Positions 25,745 through 34,475 of a DNA stretch of 64,000 bases are shown here, piece after piece; the first letter of the stretch is position 1, and each line of letters starts with the position of its first letter. The position numbers were made by a program, and so were the translations under genes. A model generated the notes under the pieces. That model did not search any database and was not told the origin of the DNA. It worked only from the letters and a program-made list of their open reading frames with translations. The DNA comes from a virus. The DNA is taken from the IMG/VR virus record IMGVR_UViG_3300049046_000039, positions 51,802 through 115,801 of that record. One strand, written 5' to 3'.

Positions 25745-28278
25745 TTCTTCTTGGTCTTCATAGTGAGAAGTCTGTCTAGGACTAGAGCCGCGTGAGCGTG
25801 CTTCTTAGAGCGGTGAAGATCCATAACCTTAAGTTCCGGATGTCTCTCCTTACCTGCAAGAGACTTACCGACTTCGGCGTGCATGTCGTGGATCATCTTT
25901 CTCTTCTCGATGTAAGCAGACTCTCCGATGTGCTTTGAGCGAAGTTGCTGCACTCTCTTACGACGCTCTTGACCGATTCTGTCAGTAAGTCTGTTACCAG
26001 ACTTGTCAGTAAAGAGGTTACCTCTCTGCTGAGCTCTGAATCCGTAGGTGTGAGCCATGTTAGTTCGAGTAGTGTGATACATCGACTTCTCGCGCTGGTT
26101 GTGGCGCTGAATAACGTTTGGTCTCTTGGTAGCTCTCTTAGTAACCGAAAGATACTGAGCCGGGTCGGTCTGATACTTAAGCTCGGTGAGCATCGTTGGT
26201 ACGTATTTCTTAAGCATCGTCTGCTCCTGTACTGGCTTCTTTGTATTCCAGCTGTCTATGTTGTTTAAGTTTCTATCCATGATCTTCTTCTGAACTTCGT
26301 CAAAGTTGTGACCATGGTCGGCGTAAGCTTTCTTAATAGCGCCATAACGTTCTGGGTCTGTCGCGTGAGCTGGAAGCATAGTCTCTATCTTACGCACGTC
26401 GTTGTTCTTTATGTGGTGCGCCGCGATCTCATATACGTGCTCCGGCTTTAAGTACGAGTGCTTGAGCATCTCGTTATCGTCATAGTAGTTACTCTTTGGA
26501 AACTGCTTGAAGTACGACTTAAAGTGATCGGCTGTCAGAGGACTATCCTCAGAGGTGTGGTACATACCTCGTACATACTTTGGAAAGTTAGTAGCTGACT
26601 CTCGGTGACTCATCATATTATCAAGGTCGTCTTTGTTGATCATCTCAGGATCGACTTTAGAGACGACGTTAGCAGTCATGCGAGCGTGATCTTCTCTAGA
26701 CAGTAAGTTTCTAGACTTCTCGAAGTGAGACGCGTCGAAGTTCTTATTATTCGTCGCGTTTTCTATATTCGTCGCTCTACTGTCAGTGTCAGGCTTGTCG
26801 AACTCGTCGTGAATGTCTTGAGCGCTAGCGAAGCGAGACCAGTAGTGGTTGTTAAACAGAGGGTGTTTAGCCTTACCTGACTTTACTAACTCTCTAGTCT
26901 CGTCGTCCTTCATCATAACGTGATAGTAGTTGCCGCTCTGAGTAGCTCGCTGAACGTACCTTAGAATACTGTCTTTCTTAGAGTCCTTCATGCTGTAGTT
27001 CTTAACTATGTCTTTGATGTGATCTTGAGACGCTAAGTCAGAACCATACCACGAGCTAACTTCACTGTCGATATTATTCTTTCTAAGAGCGTCGATAGTA
27101 AAGTGCTGACCGTGACGGCCGTGGTCGAAGTTAGTGTTGTCGAATCCAGCAATCTGAGCGGCGTTTCTTATATCTTCACTCTTAAACGTGTGCTTGTCGC
27201 TGTACAGATCGTGAAGCTCATCACTCGTAGCGTGATTAGAATAGTAGTTTGCCGTGGTGTAGTATGGATTGTCGAGCTTCGATATTCTCTCTCTTAGCTT
27301 AGAGCGATGCTCTTCTCCGAAGTTAGGATTCTTTAGTGCAGAATCGTAGTACACGTGCTCGGAAGAATCTTCTAGGTGCTTGTGCAGCTCTTCGGCCGAA
27401 GCGTAGTTTGCGGCGTGAGCGCCACGAACCTTAGTCTCAGGGTGGTCCATAGTCGGATTGCTCATAGCGCTGTCTGCGTGCTGCTTGTATAGTGCTATGT
27501 TGTTACCCATCTCAGGATGCGCGCGAGCTACGTCTCTAATAGAGACCTCGTGATCCTTCTCGTTCATAAGAGAGTTAGTACCGTAGTGGTACTGGTACTT
27601 CTCGCCAGGATATGCCGGAGTCTTTGGCGTGTAGATGTGCATTGGCCCGAGCTTATTGTACGCCGGGAACATGTTGTTATTGTCTGCAGCCGTGCACCAG
27701 CGAGTGCCCTTGCCAAAGTGGCAAGAAGCTTCTTGAGTTTTGGGCGTTACCTTAGTGAACGTGTGGTAGTCTTCACTCGAAGAGTGCTCGGGACTCTTCA
27801 TCTTGTCGTGAAGCTGTCTGTTCTCTTCCTTACCACTCAGGCTGCCAGCGTGCTTCTCTACTACGTCTTCGAGATCAGACAGAGTCTTGTATCGACCGAG
27901 GTCTCTGTGCTCGGCAGGTATGATCTTACGTCTAGAAAGATCGTGAAACTTCTCTAGCGCCGGAGTCATGCGAGAGTGCATGTCTTCCATCTTGACGCCA
28001 CCCTTGCCGTACATTCTGGCTACGTGCTGAACGTACTGCTTGTTTGGAGTAGGATCGGTCTTCTCGATGTGATCCATCACCACGGCCATACCCTTGTGGC
28101 TCTGGTTTCTAGAGTGGTGAACGCCGGCGTTGACTTCTACTGGGTGAGCGTTCTCGTCATTGTGTGCGACGTGGATAGCGCGATCGTATACCGACGACCC
28201 GTGTCTCTGGATCGTCTTATCTCTGTCGTATTCGAGTAGAAGAACTGACTCTGCTACGTATTTTCTAAGCTTAGACAT
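25741..28278 (-). CDS. large hypothetical protein
   Basis: DPTPNKQY, SCHFGKGTRWCTAA, KYQ conserved-type N-terminal domain. Confidence 0.75.
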   Translation of the reverse strand: MSKLRKYVAESVLLLEYDRDKTIQRHGSSVYDRAIHVAHNDENAHPVEVNAGVHHSRNQSHKGMAVVMDHIEKTDPTPNKQYVQHVARMYGKGGVKMEDMHSRMTPALEKFHDLSRRKIIPAEHRDLGRYKTLSDLEDVVEKHAGSLSGKEENRQLHDKMKSPEHSSSEDYHTFTKVTPKTQEASCHFGKGTRWCTAADNNNMFPAYNKLGPMHIYTPKTPAYPGEKYQYHYGTNSLMNEKDHEVSIRDVARAHPEMGNNIALYKQHADSAMSNPTMDHPETKVRGAHAANYASAEELHKHLEDSSEHVYYDSALKNPNFGEEHRSKLRERISKLDNPYYTTANYYSNHATSDELHDLYSDKHTFKSEDIRNAAQIAGFDNTNFDHGRHGQHFTIDALRKNNIDSEVSSWYGSDLASQDHIKDIVKNYSMKDSKKDSILRYVQRATQSGNYYHVMMKDDETRELVKSGKAKHPLFNNHYWSRFASAQDIHDEFDKPDTDSRATNIENATNNKNFDASHFEKSRNLLSREDHARMTANVVSKVDPEMINKDDLDNMMSHRESATNFPKYVRGMYHTSEDSPLTADHFKSYFKQFPKSNYYDDNEMLKHSYLKPEHVYEIAAHHIKNNDVRKIETMLPAHATDPERYGAIKKAYADHGHNFDEVQKKIMDRNLNNIDSWNTKKPVQEQTMLKKYVPTMLTELKYQTDPAQYLSVTKRATKRPNVIQRHNQREKSMYHTTRTNMAHTYGFRAQQRGNLFTDKSGNRLTDRIGQERRKRVQQLRSKHIGESAYIEKRKMIHDMHAEVGKSLAGKERHPELKVMDLHRSKKHAHAALVLDRLLTMKTKKK

Positions 28279-28811
28279 CCGTTACGAACTTCCCTAAAAA
28301 TATCTTCGGCGCGGTGCCGCAGTTTAATAGGTAAGAATGCCTCGAAAAGTTCTAAGTCGTTCTTTACTGCCGCGTCTCTAAGCTGCGTAGCAGATATGTT
28401 TGAGATGATGTTCTTCTCACCTCGCGGAACTTCCAGCACTTCTATCGAGTAAAAATTGTACAACTTACCTGGTCCATTGTACATATTTAGGCGTTTACGA
28501 AGTTCTTCGGCTCTGTCCGATCCAACTACGACAGTAAGCTGGTAGTATCCGTGATCGTAGACTGACTTCACGGCGTCGAAGAAGTCCTTCTTCGGCTGCT
28601 CCATGACCATCACGTCGACGCTGTTGAACGCTTCCTTACAGAGCTTCAGCTTGTAGTCAAACGACAGAGGATTCTTCTTGTCGCCCTCGCTAGCCGAAAG
28701 GAAGACAAACTTGTCGTTACACCAGAAAGTCTTCGCCATGACCTGAACTAGGCGCTCGTGGCCGAGTGTAGGAGGATTCATTCTAGCGTACGTGATGGCT
28801 ACGTGAGTCAT
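28254..28811 (-). CDS. cytidylyltransferase-like (HIGH) protein
   Basis: RMNPPTLGH, KNPL, VVGSDR, ISAT..R. Confidence 0.88.
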   Translation of the reverse strand: MTHVAITYARMNPPTLGHERLVQVMAKTFWCNDKFVFLSASEGDKKNPLSFDYKLKLCKEAFNSVDVMVMEQPKKDFFDAVKSVYDHGYYQLTVVVGSDRAEELRKRLNMYNGPGKLYNFYSIEVLEVPRGEKNIISNISATQLRDAAVKNDLELFEAFLPIKLRHRAEDIFREVRNGCLSLENT

Positions 28812-28981
28812 TTTACTACCGTGAGGTGAGGTGTCTTAACTTCGTTCATCTGCTCGTAGATAGACACGGCCTCGTCGTAACCCTCCCAGTTGTCGACTCC
28901 GGCATGCTCCAGAGCACCGAGCCACGCGGCCGACTCTAGAAGTTCTTCATACTCGCTTAAGCTAATAGTTACCGTTGACAT
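28808..28981 (-). CDS. small conserved phage protein
   Basis: LEHAGVDNWEGYDEA. Confidence 0.7.
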   Translation of the reverse strand: MSTVTISLSEYEELLESAAWLGALEHAGVDNWEGYDEAVSIYEQMNEVKTPHLTVVK

Positions 28982-30042
28982 ACGAATCTCATGTTGTGAA
29001 AGTTGCGCCGACTGAACTCCATTCGGTCGACTAGTTTGGTCGGAATGCCGTGATAGGTCACGACGTAACCCTCGCCAGCAGTGGTGTCTCCCGAGCACTC
29101 GTGGTAGAACGGAAGACCGTCGTTCATCACCATCATCATGGTGCGCTTGACGTAGTCTAGAGTGTACCTGCTCTGAAGAGCGTACTTGATAGTGAGAGTC
29201 TCGGACGACCTGATCTGATCCTCCTCGCCCTTTATCTCGACGAAGCGCCTGTACATGGTGGTGTTGGGATTGTGCTCGCCGATGCGAATGCAGTAGTTGG
29301 TGAACTGCTTTAGAAGAGCGCAGTGAGAGTTGAGTATCGGCGCTTCCAGAACTTTCTGCATCTTCTCGGCGCCGACCAAGCAGCTGCTGATGACGCTGTG
29401 CTGAGCTGGATTAAGTGCGAACTTCGACACGTCGTATGCGGTATCGATCCAGTACACTTCTGTCGACTTGAACTGACTCACGTCGGGACTTCCGATAGAC
29501 TTCATCTCTCGAAGAACCGGGCCGTAGTACTGAGTGTGAAGAGCTATACCGATAGTAGAGCGACACAGCGCTTCGTACTGCTCAGTCCCCTTCACTGCGC
29601 CGTAAGTGATCGTGTTAGGCGTGAACAGTATCATGCTTCCGACGTTGACCATCAGGTCAGGATGATACATGAAGTCGCCCTGATAGACTCCTGGCGGAAT
29701 TAGTCCCTTGTCGAAGTCTCGCTTGATTATGCCGATGGCCAACCAAAGCTTAATGGCGTAGTCTTCTCTGTCGCCGTAGTACTTCTGCACGTCGTTCTCG
29801 TCGTAGCAGATGATGGGTCTCAGCTTATTGAAGACCGACTTAGTGCCGACGAAGAACTTGCCGTTCTCAGGATTGACTCCAAAGACAATAGCCGGAGCAC
29901 CGTCGTACTTGACGCTAACCTTAAGATACTTTTGCGGCTTACCCGAAAGCGCGTCCTTAAGAGACTCTAGGACGTCTATGCTCTGATAGATGTGTCCGGT
30001 GTAGACGTAATCGTCTACGTGTTCAAGATGCTTTATTAACAT
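28969..30042 (-). CDS. conserved T4-like protein (DUF6267-like)
   Basis: HLEH, KYDGAPAIVFG, FFVGTKSVFN, QGD, EGYV, KLVDR.EFS..NF. Confidence 0.75.
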   Translation of the reverse strand: MLIKHLEHVDDYVYTGHIYQSIDVLESLKDALSGKPQKYLKVSVKYDGAPAIVFGVNPENGKFFVGTKSVFNKLRPIICYDENDVQKYYGDREDYAIKLWLAIGIIKRDFDKGLIPPGVYQGDFMYHPDLMVNVGSMILFTPNTITYGAVKGTEQYEALCRSTIGIALHTQYYGPVLREMKSIGSPDVSQFKSTEVYWIDTAYDVSKFALNPAQHSVISSCLVGAEKMQKVLEAPILNSHCALLKQFTNYCIRIGEHNPNTTMYRRFVEIKGEEDQIRSSETLTIKYALQSRYTLDYVKRTMMMVMNDGLPFYHECSGDTTAGEGYVVTYHGIPTKLVDRMEFSRRNFHNMRFVCQR

Positions 30043-30099
30043 AGATACTATACCTTCAAAGCCCAGAGGCATTATATACAAGTTAAGCCGGCGTGTAAA

Positions 30100-30813
30100 C
30101 TATAAAAATGGATTACGCTTCTTAGTATTTGGCAAAACTGAAAATGCGCTATTGGCTACTGACGTAAGCTTTAGTTCGGCTTGAACTTCGTAGAATCTAC
30201 TTCTGTTCGACACACGAACTCGAAACTTACCTGTGCCAGTAAGCTGAGGAATCTCGCTAGACAGTCCCAGTGGATTGGTGTTCGATATCATGAAGAAGTC
30301 GTCGCCTGCCTGCATGTAGTAAGCTGGCTCGGTCTTACCTTGAGTGTAGTGCATCGTGACCAGATCGCTTAGATCGTAGTCCTTGTGATCTAGAATGTAC
30401 GCTCCGTTCTCTCGACAGAACTTGCGCATGACGTCGCGTGGAACGGCATTATCCGTGTCCATCTCACCGCGATTTGTTGGTATGTATATCGTCTCGAAGG
30501 CTAGACCGCAATAGTCTGAGATTGAGTAAACAAACTCTAGAGAAACTTGCGACTTATTTAATTCTTGGACAATGTTACCCGCAATAGGAGTGCTATACCT
30601 TGTTTTCCATGCTTTCTCGTGAAAGTAAACCCTTGGATTAGCAAGGTTATCTGAATGGTTCATCTTCACTTCTAGCCAACTAGACCTGTTATTAAAATTG
30701 ACTAGCACGTCAGAATAGTCAGTTCCGACCTTAGGTCTTACTGCACTAACGTGGTGCATCGAGTCTAGATGCTCGGCGATAATGCGTTCGTGTTTATCTG
30801 AAGCTTTGCTCAT
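30100..30813 (-). CDS. PD-(D/E)XK-like nuclease
   Basis: E...YSDV...WLEVK. Confidence 0.55.
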   Translation of the reverse strand: MSKASDKHERIIAEHLDSMHHVSAVRPKVGTDYSDVLVNFNNRSSWLEVKMNHSDNLANPRVYFHEKAWKTRYSTPIAGNIVQELNKSQVSLEFVYSISDYCGLAFETIYIPTNRGEMDTDNAVPRDVMRKFCRENGAYILDHKDYDLSDLVTMHYTQGKTEPAYYMQAGDDFFMISNTNPLGLSSEIPQLTGTGKFRVRVSNRSRFYEVQAELKLTSVANSAFSVLPNTKKRNPFL

Positions 30814-30829
30814 ATCTATGTTTGTTACA

Positions 30830-31008
30830 AAAATGGAGGGACCCTCCGTCGAGAGTACCCTCCAATGTTATTAACGCGGACGAGAGGAACCACCACCTGC
30901 TCTTAAGAGCGACCTCGTCATTTCCTTTATGCTTGCATTAGCAACTTGCCACTAGGGCTGCAGACCCTAACGCGTTATGGGAACGCGCGGTAACGCGTTC
31001 CCTGAATA
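30830..31008 (-). ncRNA. putative structured late ncRNA
   Basis: TATAAATA at 31015-31022; nested stems; terminator hairpin + U-tract. Confidence 0.6.
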
Positions 31009-31017
31009 ACATCTTAT

Positions 31018-31209
31018 TTATACAGATTCGGCGAGTCGGTTAAGAAAAAAGTCAGGTGTGAATCCATCAAATCCACCGCCGTAGTTTAGATTGAAAGACA
31101 TCTTACGAGCTTTCTTTTCCGAGAGGTTAGACATTATAGTCTTTACCTCACCATTGTTAACTTCTACGACCTTAAAGTCTTTAGCTTCTTTATGAACTCT
31201 GTATCCCAT
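31018..31209 (-). CDS. conserved small phage protein
   Basis: LNxGGGFDGFTPxFF. Confidence 0.7.
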   Translation of the reverse strand: MGYRVHKEAKDFKVVEVNNGEVKTIMSNLSEKKARKMSFNLNYGGGFDGFTPDFFLNRLAESV

Positions 31210-31409
31210 TACGAACTCTTACCCTGGAGTGATTCCTTGATGGCCTTAGCCACGGTGTCGATGTCAACTGCGACTAGAAGTGTTCCCTTGAGTCCGCTGA
31301 GATAGACTCTGGTGTAGTTGTTATTTTCTGTTTCGACAGGCTCTAGAAGAACTACTTTAAGAGCGTTGATGTAGTGCTGGTCGATTTTTACGATATAGCC
31401 TGAATGCAT
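31209..31409 (-). CDS. hypothetical protein
   Basis: coupled ORF. Confidence 0.6.
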   Translation of the reverse strand: MHSGYIVKIDQHYINALKVVLLEPVETENNNYTRVYLSGLKGTLLVAVDIDTVAKAIKESLQGKSS

Positions 31410-31548
31410 TATGACTTTCTCATCTTTGTTAGTTCTGATTTCGCCGCGGCGCTCGTCTTATAAGGGCCGAAGCATATGCTACCGTCAGGCCAGACAATGT
31501 AGAACTTGTCCTTAATCTGATCCGTAGTTAAGTGGTACAGATAGTTGA

Positions 31549-32967
31549 TCATCTAAAGTCCGTAAACTTGTTTGTTCCTGGGTATGCGTTTTCTGGTCTT
31601 CTCCATCCGTTCTCTTCGGCAGTTCTTCTTCCTATGTCTCCTCTGTCCATGACTGGTGAGTCGTCTACAAGATCTTCTTGAGCGTTCTGCTCGACGTCGT
31701 AGAGTCTCATCTTAGACTTATGAACGCCAACCACGAAGCGCTTGCACTTGTTCTTGTCGGCGTACCTGTTCTTAAGTTGCTTGAACAGATACTGACCGAG
31801 TTCGGCAAGTTCTTCAGTCTCCATAACACCGAGCATGAGGTCGGCAGTAGCTGGTAGACCGAAAGATTCGGAAGTATCGCCGAGCTCCAGATCACTAGAA
31901 GCGTAACCACTTCTGGTAGTCTGAGTAGCCGAAACGATAGGAACTCCAAACTCTACAGCCAAGCCACGAAGTTCTTCGGCAATAGACTTAACGAGTGTGT
32001 AAGAGTTAACGGACGAAAGATTCTTAAAGCGAGACGAAGCGCAGATGTTAAGATAGTCTACGTAGATGATGTCGGGCTTGAAGTTCTTCTTGATGCGAAG
32101 TTCGTTAAGAAGGTGACGAATGTTACCAGCGTGAGCTGACGCAGTCGGGAACTCTTTAACGATAAGACGACTCTTGGCCTTGGCCTTGACCTTGTCTGCT
32201 CTCTTCTTGAGAACAGACACGTCAATAGTCTCGAGGTCGTCAAGAGCGATGTCGAGTAGGTTACCATCGATACGTCTAGATACTTCTTCTTCTGACATTT
32301 CAAGAGTAACGTACAGGACGTTATATCCCATCGTAAGATGAGATGCAGCCCAGTCGCACATAATCAGAGACTTACCGACGTTAGTGCCGGCCATGATTAT
32401 GTTTAGAGTCTTGTTGGCGAGGCCGCCCTTAGTGATGTTATTGAGTAGCTCGATAGCGAAAGGTATCTTGCTGATCTTCTTACGGTAGTTCTCAAAGCGC
32501 TCTTCGAAGTTTTCGAGATACTCGTGACCGATGTTAGTATCGAATCCGACCGAAAGAGCGTCCGTAAAGAGTTGAGGAAGAGTTCCCGTGCCCTCGCTGC
32601 TCTCGGGGTCGTCCATGATGTGGATGGCCTTCCTGACAGCGTTAAATAGAGCTTTCTCTTGACAGAACTTTTCGGTAGTCTGGAGAAGCCATTCTTCTGA
32701 GTCGACGTTCTCCTTGGTCATGTACTCGACTACTTGTCGAGCTGAGCCGAAGTCCTGTTCGTTCAGGTTATCCTTGTTGCCCAGCTCGACGAGTAGCGAT
32801 GACTTCGTCGGAGCACTATTAAACTTGGTGTAGTACTCGTCAATGATCTCGAACACGACTCTTTCAGACTTATCGTGAAAGTAGTCGCTCTTAATGAAGG
32901 GGAGAGTCTTGCGAGTAAAGTCTTCGTTATGAACTAGATTGTTTAGTAGTACTTGTTCGAAATTCAT
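31549..32967 (-). CDS. 41: T4 gp41-like replicative helicase
   Basis: AGTNVGKS, TLEM, DYLNIC, SATQ, SESFGLPATAD. Confidence 0.97.
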   Translation of the reverse strand: MNFEQVLLNNLVHNEDFTRKTLPFIKSDYFHDKSERVVFEIIDEYYTKFNSAPTKSSLLVELGNKDNLNEQDFGSARQVVEYMTKENVDSEEWLLQTTEKFCQEKALFNAVRKAIHIMDDPESSEGTGTLPQLFTDALSVGFDTNIGHEYLENFEERFENYRKKISKIPFAIELLNNITKGGLANKTLNIIMAGTNVGKSLIMCDWAASHLTMGYNVLYVTLEMSEEEVSRRIDGNLLDIALDDLETIDVSVLKKRADKVKAKAKSRLIVKEFPTASAHAGNIRHLLNELRIKKNFKPDIIYVDYLNICASSRFKNLSSVNSYTLVKSIAEELRGLAVEFGVPIVSATQTTRSGYASSDLELGDTSESFGLPATADLMLGVMETEELAELGQYLFKQLKNRYADKNKCKRFVVGVHKSKMRLYDVEQNAQEDLVDDSPVMDRGDIGRRTAEENGWRRPENAYPGTNKFTDFR

Positions 32968-33027
32968 TTACTTTTATATTCCTTAGACTTGCATTATAAC
33001 ATGATATGGAACAAAAGTAAAGGAGTA

Positions 33028-34191
33028 TTAAGCTTCGTCTCTTCTAGCTAGGACACCACCCATAGAGTCTGGGCCGCCTGGCCAGTATTCGTGCGAGGAC
33101 GAGCCGGTCATGCTCTCGACTTCCTCGTCGGCAAGAACACCTGATAGATCTAGTTCTTCGTCGGCTAGAAGCTTAGCCTGTGGCAGACGATACTTTGTCT
33201 CGAGGTACTTGGCGAAGTCGGTGTCGAGAAGGATCTTACCCCATACTTCGTTGGATGTAGCTATCTCGGCTTCACGGTAGCTCTTACCGATCAGCTCTCC
33301 AGTAGAGCGATCTACGATCTGATACCAGCCCGCCTTTGGCTTAGCTACGTATCCGCCTTCGAGCGCGTTCTCGAGGAAGCCAGACCACTTGTTAATGCCG
33401 CCGTTATAGAGAACGTGGATAGGAATCTTGGCCTTCTCCTTAACGTAGCGTGACTTCTCGACGTTAAGGATGAATTCGTAACCTTGGATTTCTGTTCCAG
33501 CCTTATCCTGTCTACGACCGATAATGAAGATGTTATCTGCCGAGTAGTAGATGCCAGTACCGCCAGAGACTACGGCCTTGGAGAACATTTCCTGAGTCTG
33601 ATAAGTGTGGTTGACCACGATCATCGGAATGTTCTTAAGAGTGAGATGTGGTGTGACCATACGGAACAGCGACTTAAGCTGTCTAGCTCTGGTCATGTCC
33701 GCGACAGACTTACCGTCGATAGCGTCTTCAACTTCCTTCTTAGAAGCTAGGTTACCGACAGAGTCGATCATGATAAGAACGTGGTCCTTACGCTGCAGCT
33801 GATCTAGCTGCTGCATAATGTCGAACTTTAGCTCTTCGATGTTGGTGATTGGAGTGTGTACGACCTTCTCTGGATCGACGTTAAGAGAAGCGAAGTAAGA
33901 GTCCGGTGAGCCAAACTCAGAGTCGTAGAACAGAATGATGCCGTCGCTATACTTCTCGAGGAATGCCGAAGCGGCAAGTAGCGTAAAGCCAGTCTTAAAG
34001 TGCTTAGACGGACCAGCAAAGATGGTAAGACCAGAAGTAATACCACCGTCAGCGAGACCACTGAAAGCGACGTTAATCATCGGGACTCGAGTCTGGACAA
34101 CGTCTTTGTTGTTGTAGATTTCCGACTCGCTGAGTACGGAAGTAGCTTTGATAGTAGAGTTTTTAATGAGTCTAGAACGTAGATCTGACAT
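33028..34191 (-). CDS. uvsX: UvsX RecA-like recombinase
   Basis: AGPSKHFKT, YDSEFG, DMTRA, SGGTG. Confidence 0.97.
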   Translation of the reverse strand: MSDLRSRLIKNSTIKATSVLSESEIYNNKDVVQTRVPMINVAFSGLADGGITSGLTIFAGPSKHFKTGFTLLAASAFLEKYSDGIILFYDSEFGSPDSYFASLNVDPEKVVHTPITNIEELKFDIMQQLDQLQRKDHVLIMIDSVGNLASKKEVEDAIDGKSVADMTRARQLKSLFRMVTPHLTLKNIPMIVVNHTYQTQEMFSKAVVSGGTGIYYSADNIFIIGRRQDKAGTEIQGYEFILNVEKSRYVKEKAKIPIHVLYNGGINKWSGFLENALEGGYVAKPKAGWYQIVDRSTGELIGKSYREAEIATSNEVWGKILLDTDFAKYLETKYRLPQAKLLADEELDLSGVLADEEVESMTGSSSHEYWPGGPDSMGGVLARRDEA

Positions 34192-34259
34192 GTATGTTTC
34201 CTTATGACAGTGTGTGGCAATATAACATAGTTTGACTAAAATGTCAACTAATTATGCTG

Positions 34260-34475
34260 TCACGCTGCCTTATTCTCAAGCTTGTACATAGTGTTACGCG
34301 TACGAACGTAACCATCTTCTTCATTAAGATCAATAGCTACAGAAGTCTTAATGACATCACCATCGTTAAACCTAGACTTACTGTCATCGTAGATCTTACC
34401 AATAATCACCTTATGGCGTGGTCCTAGTTCTAGTACGCTATAGTCACGTATTATTGCGTCGTATTTAATCATCAA
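34260..34475 (-). CDS. hypothetical protein
   Basis: G.IYDD...RF.DG..I.TS...TRNT.Y.L. Confidence 0.65.
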   Translation of the reverse strand: MMIKYDAIIRDYSVLELGPRHKVIIGKIYDDSKSRFNDGDVIKTSVAIDLNEEDGYVRTRNTMYKLENKAA

